Positions 35,383 through 44,337 of a DNA stretch of 55,030 bases are shown one piece after another. This stretch comes from Candidatus Doudnabacteria bacterium. Its GTDB lineage: Bacteria; Patescibacteriota; JABMPQ01; JAGQLO01. The DNA is taken from positions 1-55,030 of the forward strand of contig JAGQLO010000002.1 of NCBI GenBank assembly GCA_020429185.1, read 5' to 3'. The notes under the pieces are model-generated. The model was not told the origin of the DNA. It ran no database searches and saw nothing but the letters and a program-made list of their open reading frames with translations. Position numbers and translations under genes: made by a program. Numbering within the stretch: position 1 is the stretch's first letter; each line of letters opens with the position of its first letter.

Positions 35383-35427
35383 CTCACCTACCGTGACTCC
35401 GTCACTCAGGTGAGTTTTTCTTTTCTT
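35383..35427 (+). terminator. Rho-independent terminator of island F
   Basis: Outer stem CTCACCT/AGGTGAG enclosing the inner hairpin GTGAC-tcc-GTCAC, followed by TTTTTCTTTTCTT. Confidence 0.65.
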
Positions 35428-36148
35428 CGTTGTTATCAACCTGAGCGAACGAAATTGGAAACTGCTCTTCCCAGAGTGGCGTGCGTCCAATTAAGGTTCC
35501 TCCATTTTTTCCTTCGAAGAGACGGATGATAAGTATGTCTCGATCGGTAAGGTCTTCTGTATTGCGTGTAGGAGTGAGCTCTACCACGTTTCCTTGTTGA
35601 GATGCAGAAAGCAACGTCTCACTTTTTAGTGCATAGGTTGCAGCCGCATAGTCAAAGGAGCCATCCCATGTGACAGTCAGTGTGTCTGTCGCAAGACAGT
35701 CTGTAACTCCGTCTCCGCATTGTATCTGCGCCACAGATGGGATTGGACGTGTACGAAATGCGTAAAGTCGCTCAGGAAGTGTTGTCCCGAAGAGTGAGCG
35801 AATTCCATTCAGTGAAAGGACGACCGACTCCCCTGCTCGTACAGATTCTGTTGGCGTCACCGTGAGCGTCGTTGCATACCCTTCTATGACCTCATGATCC
35901 CACGAAATGGTTGACTCTATGTTTGGATGAAGAGCTGAGATCACAGATGCTTGTTGTACTGGAACACTAAACGTCACAACAATCCCCTCTCCTAATTCAA
36001 GTTCATCTGGAACACCCCCTTCCGTCTGTACAGATGTTTCATACACTGCAAACAGCTCCTGATATCCAAGAAAAAGTAGCCCAAGAAATCCAGAAAGTGT
36101 TCCGGCAATTACAAATACAGCAAATGGCCAGCCAATGCGTTTGGCCAT
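35402..36148 (-). CDS. Membrane-anchored hypothetical protein with Ig-like beta-rich ectodomain
   Basis: N-terminal TM (WPFAVFVIAGTLSGFLGLLFLGY), then a beta-rich region. The last ~11 codons (DNNEEKKNSPE) are encoded by the island F terminator sequence. Confidence 0.7.
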   Translation of the reverse strand: MAKRIGWPFAVFVIAGTLSGFLGLLFLGYQELFAVYETSVQTEGGVPDELELGEGIVVTFSVPVQQASVISALHPNIESTISWDHEVIEGYATTLTVTPTESVRAGESVVLSLNGIRSLFGTTLPERLYAFRTRPIPSVAQIQCGDGVTDCLATDTLTVTWDGSFDYAAATYALKSETLLSASQQGNVVELTPTRNTEDLTDRDILIIRLFEGKNGGTLIGRTPLWEEQFPISFAQVDNNEEKKNSPE

Positions 36149-36158
36149 ACGTCTACTT

Positions 36159-37286
36159 CTATGGTTGCCAGAGATACATCACCTGCGAACGTTGTCGAAG
36201 CAAGTCTTGTAGCTCTGAGGCAATCCCCTTCTTCTGACCGAACGTGTATCCGGCACCATACAAGAAATCTGCAAATGAGAACGGCTCCTGATAGGTCATC
36301 AAGGTGTAATCAGCGCTCACTTTTGATTCTTTCGCCAATATCGCAAGCGCGTCTTCATAGTATGCCACCTCATCTACCAATCCAGCTTCAAGTGCTTGAT
36401 TGGCGCTTAAGATACGTCCATCAAATACTTCGCTTGTTTCTGGAACACTGCGGTAGGTTGTAATCAGGTTTTTGAAGGCTGCGAAGTCTTCGTCGATGAT
36501 TGACTGCATAATTTCACGCTCCTCATCTGTCACTTCGCGGCTATAGCTTAAGATGTCCTTATGTTCTCCTGATCGGAATGTCACTTGCTCCACGCCATAC
36601 TGCTCCATTAACCCCCGGAGATTCAGTGTCTCGAAAATAACTCCGATACTTCCCGTGAGGGTTGGCGGACTCGCCACAATGTAATCGGAAGAAGCTGTTG
36701 CATAGACGCCTCCTGATGCAGCTGTCTCTCCGTAATAACTCACAACAGGTCGACCTGTTGCCTGGAAGAGCTCTATCGCGTGTTGTATATCATCACTTGC
36801 CGAGACACTTCCACCTGGACTATTCACGTAGATAAGCGCTCCCTTTACCGAGTCATCTTCTGAAGCCTGCACGAGAGCCGCCTCAATTCCCTCAGACGCA
36901 GTGAAATCACCTGAGAGTCCTGCCAGTCCGCCGCCGCCAGTTCCATGTAGAATCACGCCATTTAACTCCAGGAGAAGGATTTTTTCATCTGCGAGCGCAT
37001 CACCTTCAATAATCACCTCATCGTACGCTGGCAGTTCTGTTGCATAATTGCCAGATGAGAAGTCTCCAAGCGTAGAGAGTGAAGCTCCTGAGAAGGCTCC
37101 AACAAAGAAACTGCCGGCAACCAGCCCTCCGATAATGAGCAGTCCGAGGCAACCGAGGCTCCACCACAAGCATCCCTTCCCCTTTCTTGGTTGAGGTTGT
37201 AGCGACTGTGGTGCTGGAATACTTACTTGTGGCGCTGTTCCTGGTTCCGGAGTGTGTTCGTGTTCTTGTTTCATAGGTAGCTTCAT
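36159..37286 (-). CDS. sppA: Signal peptide peptidase SppA (S49 family, 36K type)
   Basis: VNSPGGSVSASD (catalytic Ser region), downstream GSIGV, and an N-terminal TM. Start at 37286 (MKLPMKQ), with 37340 and 37274 as alternatives. Confidence 0.85.
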   Translation of the reverse strand: MKLPMKQEHEHTPEPGTAPQVSIPAPQSLQPQPRKGKGCLWWSLGCLGLLIIGGLVAGSFFVGAFSGASLSTLGDFSSGNYATELPAYDEVIIEGDALADEKILLLELNGVILHGTGGGGLAGLSGDFTASEGIEAALVQASEDDSVKGALIYVNSPGGSVSASDDIQHAIELFQATGRPVVSYYGETAASGGVYATASSDYIVASPPTLTGSIGVIFETLNLRGLMEQYGVEQVTFRSGEHKDILSYSREVTDEEREIMQSIIDEDFAAFKNLITTYRSVPETSEVFDGRILSANQALEAGLVDEVAYYEDALAILAKESKVSADYTLMTYQEPFSFADFLYGAGYTFGQKKGIASELQDLLRQRSQVMYLWQP

Positions 37287-37423
37287 GTTCGTAGTATGCC
37301 TCATTTTGCTGCGTTGTGCGAGTATTGACGTAACTGCCAAAATCCCCTACTCTACTGCTCAGTCGGCTTTAAGGCGACTGCGGTTTGAGCCGCTTTGACA
37401 AGATTGTTACTGATTCACGCCAT

Positions 37424-37705
37424 ATGGCACACAGAAAAGCCGGAGGTTCCACCTCCCTAGGTCGCGATAGTATTTCCAAACGCCTTGGCGTGAAACTTTC
37501 AGCTGGTCAGATCGCTACTCCAGGAGCCGTCATTGTTCGACAGCGCGGAACAAAGTTTTTCCCAGGAGAAAATGTGAAGCGCGGCGAAGACGACACGCTA
37601 TTTGCTACGACTGAAGGTGTTGTGCAGTTTGTACGAAAGCGAAAGACAGACTTTACCGGAAAAGTAGTCATCCGAAAGGTCGTCAACGTCGTTCCACAGT
37701 CCTAA
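37424..37705 (+). CDS. rpmA: 50S ribosomal protein L27
   Basis: [24 protein letters not shown]...[13 protein letters not shown], the canonical L27 N-terminus. The upstream 13 codons of the track ORF are not L27-like. Confidence 0.93.
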   Translation: MAHRKAGGSTSLGRDSISKRLGVKLSAGQIATPGAVIVRQRGTKFFPGENVKRGEDDTLFATTEGVVQFVRKRKTDFTGKVVIRKVVNVVPQS

Positions 37706-37717
37706 GACTCTTTGATC

Positions 37718-37743
37718 AAAAACAGCCCATGAGGGCTGTTTTT
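37718..37743. terminator. Bidirectional rho-independent terminator
   Basis: AAAAA, then CAGCCC-atga-GGGCTG, then TTTTT, between convergent rpmA and pyrG. Confidence 0.85.
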
Positions 37744-37754
37744 GTATCCGCGGG

Positions 37755-39407
37755 TTAGAGGCTAGCCTCCGCAAATGCCATAAAGAGCGGGTGTGGATCG
37801 AGTGGTCGAGACTTAAACTCTGGATGGAATTGTGTTGCTAAGAAAAACGGATGATCGGGAAGCTCAATAATCTCAACTAGCCCAAGCTCTGGGTTTGTTC
37901 CAGAAACAACGAGGCCTTTTTCTTCCAGTAGCTCACGATACGTGTCGTTTACTTCATACCGGTGCCGATGTCGCTCTGATACGAGCGTCTGACCATACGC
38001 CTTGTGAGCCTTCGTCCCCTCTTTAATCGCACAATCGTATGCACCAAGACGCTGCGTTCCTCCGAAACCTTTCGACCCTTTTAGGACCGCCTTTGTTTCT
38101 TCTAGTTCGTAGACAACTGGTGTTGCGCAATTCGGGTCAACTTCCTTTGTATGTGCGTCTTTGAGCCCTACAACGTTGCGCGCAAATTCAATGGTTGCCA
38201 TTTGCAAGCCATAGCAAAGGCCCAGAAATGGGATGTGCTGCTCTCGTAGATACCGGATCGCCTTGATCTTTCCGTCTGTGCCTCGTGAGCCATACCCGCC
38301 AGGAACAATCACGCCGTCGTAGTCATGTAATTCTTTCACAGCAGAGGGATCTTTCTCATACGACTCGGCACTCAACCATTGAATAACTGGCTTTCGGTCG
38401 TGTGCCCATGCGGCATGCTTTATCGCTTCCAGCACGGAAATGTAAGAATCTTCTAGTGTAAATTCACCTGTTTCGAAGTACTTACCCACGATCCCAATCT
38501 TAAGCTCTTTTCCTTTTTCCTGCGCCTTCGTAAGTCGTGCTACCATTCCATTCCATTCATCGTGTCGGTCGTCATGCCCCTTGTCTGGCATTTCACGTCC
38601 CATTTTCTTAAAGAGACGCTCTGCATAATTTTGTTCCTCGAGAATCAGTGGTACTCGGTAGATGCTGTCACAGTCGGGCGAGGAAAAAATATCTTCCTTT
38701 TCAACGCCAATGATCCACGCAAGCTTTTCTTTACGCGACTCGTCGATTGGTTGTTCTGAGCGGCCAATCAGGAAGTCTGGCTGAATGCCTGCGGCATTCA
38801 GCGTTCGAACGGAATACTGTGCTGGTTTTGTCTTCATCTCTCCAATCGATTGCGGGATTGGGAGATACGAAACGTGTACATGAATCACATCATCGGGCAT
38901 TTCGCGTTCCATCATGCGTGCTGCTTCCAAGTACAATACAAGTTGATATTCGCCTACCGTTCCTCCAAATTCTGTAATAACGACTTCCGCATCTGCATCA
39001 TCGCCAGCTTGCTTGATCCGCTTGATAACCTCCTCTGGAACATGAGGCACGACTTCCACATCTTCACCTTCGTATTCTAGGTTTCGCTCACGCTCAATGA
39101 CCGTTTGATAGACCTGTCCTGTTGTCATGAAGTTCACCTTGCCCATGTCGTTTCCTGTGAACCGTTCATAGTTTCCAAGGTCTTGGTCTGCCTCAAGTCC
39201 ATCGTCTGTTACAAAGACTTCACCATGCTCTGTAGGACGTATTGTTCCCGAGTCGATGTTCACATACATCTCGCATTTTATATTCGTTACCTTCAGTCCG
39301 TGGTCTTTTAGAATTCGCCCCGTTGAAGAAGCGATTGTTCCCTTTCCAAGCGAAGAAATAACGCCACCAGTAATGAAGATGTATTTTCGATTAGCCATAG
39401 TGCTCAT
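37755..39407 (-). CDS. pyrG: CTP synthase
   Basis: KYIFITGGVISSLGKG N-terminus, and a C-terminal GATase with GLCYGLQ (catalytic Cys) and HRHRYEVN. Confidence 0.95.
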   Translation of the reverse strand: MSTMANRKYIFITGGVISSLGKGTIASSTGRILKDHGLKVTNIKCEMYVNIDSGTIRPTEHGEVFVTDDGLEADQDLGNYERFTGNDMGKVNFMTTGQVYQTVIERERNLEYEGEDVEVVPHVPEEVIKRIKQAGDDADAEVVITEFGGTVGEYQLVLYLEAARMMEREMPDDVIHVHVSYLPIPQSIGEMKTKPAQYSVRTLNAAGIQPDFLIGRSEQPIDESRKEKLAWIIGVEKEDIFSSPDCDSIYRVPLILEEQNYAERLFKKMGREMPDKGHDDRHDEWNGMVARLTKAQEKGKELKIGIVGKYFETGEFTLEDSYISVLEAIKHAAWAHDRKPVIQWLSAESYEKDPSAVKELHDYDGVIVPGGYGSRGTDGKIKAIRYLREQHIPFLGLCYGLQMATIEFARNVVGLKDAHTKEVDPNCATPVVYELEETKAVLKGSKGFGGTQRLGAYDCAIKEGTKAHKAYGQTLVSERHRHRYEVNDTYRELLEEKGLVVSGTNPELGLVEIIELPDHPFFLATQFHPEFKSRPLDPHPLFMAFAEASL

Positions 39408-39467
39408 GATGAACTCAATTTGTATACAATTTGAACAATATGAAAAGTGGGGCTGAGCCCCACTCCT

Positions 39468-39914
39468 CTATTCAGTTTCTTCGGTGATGTTGATAGTGAT
39501 CTTCGCGTTCCGCTCAGAATCGAGCCAGAGCGTCGCTTCGTACTCTCCGACTTCTTTTTTCGCCTCCCAGGAGAGGTCGGCTTCAGTAAAGGTTGACCCA
39601 CCTTCGTTGATACGATCAAGAACATCTTTTGCTGAAACAGAGCCGAACAATGATCCATTGTCGTCTGCTTTGCGCTCGATGGTGAAACTCTTGCCTTCTA
39701 CGGCCTTCAACTGCTCTTCCATCTTTGCGAGACGCTCTACTTCCGCCTTTTCTGCTTTAGCACGAAGTGCTTCAGCTTCGTTTAAGGCGGCTTGATCGGC
39801 AAACTTTGCGAGCCCCTGAGGAATCAAAAAGTTGCGAGCGTACCCGTCTTTGACGATAACGATGTCACCTGCGATACCAAGGTTGGCAACGCGATCTTGG
39901 AGAACCACTTTCAT
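39468..39914 (-). CDS. rplI: 50S ribosomal protein L9
   Basis: MKVVLQDRVANLGIAGDIVIVKDGYARNFLIPQGLA, the canonical L9 N-domain, then a long helix and the C-domain. Confidence 0.9.
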   Translation of the reverse strand: MKVVLQDRVANLGIAGDIVIVKDGYARNFLIPQGLAKFADQAALNEAEALRAKAEKAEVERLAKMEEQLKAVEGKSFTIERKADDNGSLFGSVSAKDVLDRINEGGSTFTEADLSWEAKKEVGEYEATLWLDSERNAKITINITEETE

Positions 39915-39998
39915 AGGAAATTCATCAATCAAACAGGCGTGCAGTCACGCCACTTCAGTGTTTAAAGAGTATCTGTTTTTTCTTGTATTTGCAAGCTC

Positions 39999-40313
39999 CT
40001 AGTCGGTTTCTTCTTCGACACGCAACCCTATTTCGGTTTCTACACCATTGCGAAGTTCAGCTGCCTTTCCCGGAATGACCTGCGCTGTTTCGTCTTTCGC
40101 TTTCTTCTCTGCAATATTTAGAAACAATGCAACAGCGCCTGTCAGCAATGCTGCGTCATCGAGCTGCCCCAGTACTGGCAGGAGGTCTGAAATCGCATCG
40201 AATGGCCACACCAAATACACAACTCCTACAAGTGGAATAAGCTTATAGATAACAGGGACATCCTTGTTTTTGACGAGCGCAATGAATCGCTGGACTAGAT
40301 TTCGTTTCTCCAT
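39999..40313 (-). CDS. YkvA/DUF1232-family membrane protein
   Basis: YLVWPFDAISDLLPVLGQLDDAALL matches the DUF1232 core (P.D.iPD.iP..G..DD). Confidence 0.72.
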   Translation of the reverse strand: MEKRNLVQRFIALVKNKDVPVIYKLIPLVGVVYLVWPFDAISDLLPVLGQLDDAALLTGAVALFLNIAEKKAKDETAQVIPGKAAELRNGVETEIGLRVEEETD

Positions 40314-40336
40314 ACATCAGTTGACCTGAACGGTTG

Positions 40337-40996
40337 TTACGCTCGAGCAGCACGCTTTCGTGAGCGTGCACTATACCACTCCACACTTTTTAGCGCGATG
40401 AATCCAATTGTGCCAACTATGGCAAGTGCAATCCCTTCGTTTTCAACGAGTGCTGCATGTACGAGCACTAACGGAAGAGCAAGATACGCAAGACGCTGAA
40501 TTCGTTTCCACCACCGCTTCAATCGTTTGGTTGCAATCTTGTTCGATATGCTGAACAGCACCAACAGCACCAGCAATGCAACGGCGCCATACCAAAGTGG
40601 CCCGACCGCCTGAAGGGAGAGTGACAGCAACTTCCAGATTGACGTGTTTAGCAAAGCAGCGTAGATGAGTACGTGCACCGCTGCGAAGTAAAACACTGCA
40701 ATTCCCATTGGTCTGCGCAACGAAAGAAGTGTACGAAACAAACCAACCTTCGGAACTAAGACGGCCGCTGGCTTGATCAGTAGCACCAAAAGGAGCAGAA
40801 GCTCTGCGATGGTTCCTAATCCTCCATGCAGCTCACTTCGAAGCGACGGTATGGCGTACATGACTACTAATCCGACAGGAAGCCCGTAGTACACTCCCCG
40901 TTCAATCCAGGTACGAGGAATATAGATCTTCCCATCGAGAATGATTTCTTTTGCAACGCGCAAAGGAAACGGCTGCTCTGGTGATTGTTGTTCCAT
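40337..40996 (-). CDS. Polytopic membrane protein, possibly ferric-reductase-type/MsrQ-like transmembrane domain
   Basis: About 6 TM helices with conserved-looking His residues (AAVHVLIY, LVHAAL). Weak assignment. Confidence 0.45.
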   Translation of the reverse strand: MEQQSPEQPFPLRVAKEIILDGKIYIPRTWIERGVYYGLPVGLVVMYAIPSLRSELHGGLGTIAELLLLLVLLIKPAAVLVPKVGLFRTLLSLRRPMGIAVFYFAAVHVLIYAALLNTSIWKLLSLSLQAVGPLWYGAVALLVLLVLFSISNKIATKRLKRWWKRIQRLAYLALPLVLVHAALVENEGIALAIVGTIGFIALKSVEWYSARSRKRAARA

Positions 40997-42279
40997 TACG
41001 GGATTCGCGTTTGAAGTTCTTCAAGCGCGGCCTCCTTTTGTGGATCCTGACCCGCTTCCACGTCTTCGTTTGTGATGGCAACTTCGATGTCAGGTGTCAG
41101 ACCCTCTCCATCTAGATGTGTGCCAGCTGGAGTGAGCCATTCAGCCACAGTAATACGAACAGAGGAGCCATCTTTCAGCGTCTCTAGCTCCTGTACAGAG
41201 CCTTTTCCAAAGGTCTTCTCTCCCACAAGAGGAGCTCCGGCCTGGTCCTTTAGGGCACCTGCGACAATCTCTGACGCAGAAGCAGATCCGACATTTACAA
41301 GTACCACGACCGGAAGATCTGTTGTTACGCCATGTTTTGTATGGAACTCATTTTTCTTTCCATTACGGAACTGTTCCGTCACGACTAGCTGACCATCAGG
41401 AAGGAATAAGTCAGCGATGTCGATCGATGCGTTCAAAAGTCCACCTGGATTGTTTCGTAGGTCAATTACAATTCCATCGGCTCCTTCTTTTTCAATGACA
41501 TCCAACTGTTCTTTCACTTCTTTTGTTGTTTCTTGGTCGAACGTCAGAATTCCTAACACGGCGAGCTTCTTACCATCTCGCTCCTCAAACGAAAGCTCGG
41601 TTGCTTTAATGTCGATTTCGTCTCGAATGATCTCGATTGGAAGCAGTTCGTCTTCGCCTTCGCGAAGAATACCAAGCGTTACCGCTGTTCCTCGCTCCCC
41701 TCGAATTCTACTTACCGCCTCTAACAATGAAAGCTCTTCTGTGCTTTCGCCATCAATCTCTAGAATCCAATCTCCTGCTCGCAACCCCGCACGCTCTGCG
41801 GGCGTTTCTGGGAGAGGCGCCACAATGGCAAGTACTTGATCACGGAATCCAATCTCTGCCCCAATTCCTTGGAAGCTTCCCCCAAGATCTTCTTCAAACT
41901 GTTCACTTGCACTCGATGACATGAAGGCTGTGTATGGATCTTCAAGTCCATTCAACATGCCCGCAATCGCTCCCTCAAGCATTGCTTGGTAATCAAGCGG
42001 TTGCTGTACATGCTTGTCCTCGACGAGGTGCCACACTTCCCAAAAAATCTTGAAGTCTACATCTCTTGTTTCAGAAGAGTTGCGTCCAGATAACACTTGA
42101 GTGACATCCCCCTCTGCACCCGCGCCCACAGACGGAGCTGTCGCCCTTCCAATAAGCGTTCCGGCCGTGAGGGCAATAACCACGAGAGAGGCAGTCACCC
42201 ACATTCGTCCGTTCTGAGCAGGCGTTCGCTGATGCTCCGTCTGTGAGTGCTCCTCCGGCTTTGGTGTGTGTTCTGACAT
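40996..42279 (-). CDS. ctpA: Carboxyl-terminal processing protease (S41A)
   Basis: PDZ region (AGLRAGDWILEIDG), GIVIDLRNNPGG, and GSASASEIVAGALKD (catalytic Ser). Confidence 0.9.
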   Translation of the reverse strand: MSEHTPKPEEHSQTEHQRTPAQNGRMWVTASLVVIALTAGTLIGRATAPSVGAGAEGDVTQVLSGRNSSETRDVDFKIFWEVWHLVEDKHVQQPLDYQAMLEGAIAGMLNGLEDPYTAFMSSSASEQFEEDLGGSFQGIGAEIGFRDQVLAIVAPLPETPAERAGLRAGDWILEIDGESTEELSLLEAVSRIRGERGTAVTLGILREGEDELLPIEIIRDEIDIKATELSFEERDGKKLAVLGILTFDQETTKEVKEQLDVIEKEGADGIVIDLRNNPGGLLNASIDIADLFLPDGQLVVTEQFRNGKKNEFHTKHGVTTDLPVVVLVNVGSASASEIVAGALKDQAGAPLVGEKTFGKGSVQELETLKDGSSVRITVAEWLTPAGTHLDGEGLTPDIEVAITNEDVEAGQDPQKEAALEELQTRIP

Positions 42280-42282
42280 AGT

Positions 42283-44310
42283 CTAGAAAAGTGTCGTTAA
42301 TGGCTCTGATGGTCGAAGATCACTCTTTGGCATTGCCCAAATAGCATCTCGTCTCAGCTCATGGATGAACGGCGCATCTGCGGTCTCTTGTTCCCCCTCT
42401 CCCTGAATCGATTTCTCGTTTGGAAGGTTTACAAAGTCTACCGTAAGATCAGCCGAAATAACTCCCGGCTGCTTTTGCATGACGAGGTTATACTCTCCTC
42501 TACGCGCCGCATCTCCAATTTCTTTCGGTAGGTCGTACGTAAAGGTTACATCGCGTGTCTCGCCGATCTCTGTGACAATAAAGGTTCCGAATGAGACTTT
42601 ATTCAAGCCATCTTCTTTAATGACCTCATATGGCACCGATGGGTCTTCATAAAAGTCAGGCGCAGTGTCTTGTCCTTCAATGGAGACAAGGTCTGACCCC
42701 TCAGGAACGAAGAGGCGCGCCCAGGAACGATAACGCGTGGTCTTAAAACTAAAGCCTGGAGCTTCGTTTGTGTAGTGAATTGTGTAGGTTGCACGCGGTC
42801 GCTCAGGTGCGAAATCAACAATGTACTCGGCGGAACGCGACACAAATGGATCTGTCTTCAACGACGCCATGTTTGCGTCAACATATTGTACGTAGTCAAC
42901 GTGATCCTCTCGATCGATAGCTGCGCCCCAACCTTGCCCCTCTACAACCGCTTGCGCGTCTGTGTCGCGCATGTAGAGCATGACGTGTTTTTCTGCGAAT
43001 CCTGTTTGTACCGCCTCGCCAAACTCCAGCCACTGGGAACGAGGCAATGTTAATACGCGATCGAGAATAACGTTCGCCAGGTCTCCAATGACATCCTTCC
43101 TTGTTTCAAGGAGACGGAAACTCACGTTTGTTTCGAACTGAATAAGCGATGTCACATTCTCTTCTGTAAACGTTTCACTCCTTCCCGGAAGTGTGACTGG
43201 TCCAATCACTCCGAGAAGATTTTCTAAGAATGTTGGCGTAAATGAAACGACACCTGCAAAGTCCCCTTCTCCTCCTTCTTCTTTGTAGAACCACAGCGCG
43301 TTTTCTGCGGCCGTTGGGAAATCTGGAGACCAGTTCGAGTCGCGGAAGTACCAACTCTTGAGATCGGGATTTGTGAGCTTTTTAAACTGCCACGGCGCTG
43401 GGATTGACCCTTCGAATGGATCGTCGAGGGCATAGGAGTCTGCTGTTACCAGATCAGCAATGTCACCGTCTTTTGCTGTTAGCACTCCATACGATCCGAT
43501 AAACCCACCTGAAGGACGAAGTTCTGTATTGTTTTGAAACAAAAGTAGATATTCCTGCTGTTCAGGATAGCCAGCTAGCTGCGGCACAATGCGAGACGCG
43601 AGCGCTACCGTTTCCATCAGTTCTGCAAGTGCGGGCAGCTGGTCTTGCACTTGCAACACGGCGTCTGACAATGGTCCCACGAGAGCTGTATCTGGCGTGT
43701 TGTCCAATAGCTCCTCTGCGCGTGCAAACCGAGCAGATGCTTCATCAAGCGATTCTGCCGATTCGCTCAGGTTCTTTAGGACCTCTCGCTTTTGTTCTAC
43801 TGTCACGTCTTCAAACGATGTCGCCTCGTTCTCTCCAAGAGGAACAACAACACGTTCCAGCGTGACCAGCGCCTCTTCGAGACCGCCTGTAATTTCAACA
43901 CCTGCCAAAATAAGATTCCGCGTTGCTTTAACTTGTCTTCCAGCGTACGGAATAAGTCGAAGTGGAAGAAGCTTCTTAGACGCGTCCTCTGCGCGCTCAA
44001 AATTCATGTGCGCCAACTCAATTTGAGAGCGCGCTATTCCTAAATCTTGTTGTTTCAGTGCATCTTGCGCTGAAAGAAGTTGATCTCGCGCCGACAACGA
44101 TGAGTAGTACGCATCCGCTGCTGCGGGCGCCATCACCAGCGCTCCACCACCCAGCACGATCAATATAACTGCCCCAATAAGGAGCGCTCGTTTTGGAGAG
44201 CGCTTTTTTTCCGTTCGCTTGCGCCGTTTTCGTTGCTGTTTTGAATGATACGCGAGATTCATTGATCCGCGTTTCGCGCTTTTTTGAGCGCGTTGTGATG
44301 CAGCTGTCAT
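42283..44310 (-). CDS. DUF4012 domain-containing membrane-anchored protein
   Basis: N-terminal basic tail plus TM, and the core motif NNTELRPSGGFIGSYGVLTAKDG typical of DUF4012. Confidence 0.78.
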   Translation of the reverse strand: MTAASQRAQKSAKRGSMNLAYHSKQQRKRRKRTEKKRSPKRALLIGAVILIVLGGGALVMAPAAADAYYSSLSARDQLLSAQDALKQQDLGIARSQIELAHMNFERAEDASKKLLPLRLIPYAGRQVKATRNLILAGVEITGGLEEALVTLERVVVPLGENEATSFEDVTVEQKREVLKNLSESAESLDEASARFARAEELLDNTPDTALVGPLSDAVLQVQDQLPALAELMETVALASRIVPQLAGYPEQQEYLLLFQNNTELRPSGGFIGSYGVLTAKDGDIADLVTADSYALDDPFEGSIPAPWQFKKLTNPDLKSWYFRDSNWSPDFPTAAENALWFYKEEGGEGDFAGVVSFTPTFLENLLGVIGPVTLPGRSETFTEENVTSLIQFETNVSFRLLETRKDVIGDLANVILDRVLTLPRSQWLEFGEAVQTGFAEKHVMLYMRDTDAQAVVEGQGWGAAIDREDHVDYVQYVDANMASLKTDPFVSRSAEYIVDFAPERPRATYTIHYTNEAPGFSFKTTRYRSWARLFVPEGSDLVSIEGQDTAPDFYEDPSVPYEVIKEDGLNKVSFGTFIVTEIGETRDVTFTYDLPKEIGDAARRGEYNLVMQKQPGVISADLTVDFVNLPNEKSIQGEGEQETADAPFIHELRRDAIWAMPKSDLRPSEPLTTLF

Positions 44311-44337
44311 GTCCCCGTGAAAGCTTAAGTGTTGTTG

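Noticed and set aside
3679-35427. Integron gene-cassette explanation for the single-ORF islands
   Set aside because: The cassettes are dispersed rather than arrayed and are in both orientations. They carry their own terminators, and several have possible promoters. I could not find attC-like R''/L''...L'/R' (RYYYAAC...GTTRRRY) sites or an intI gene.
37385-37423. N-terminal extension of L27 (Prp-cleaved propeptide as in Firmicutes)
   Set aside because: The 13 upstream codons ([13 protein letters not shown]) do not resemble the conserved propeptide ending in FFA-S, and the canonical MAHRKAGG start is present.
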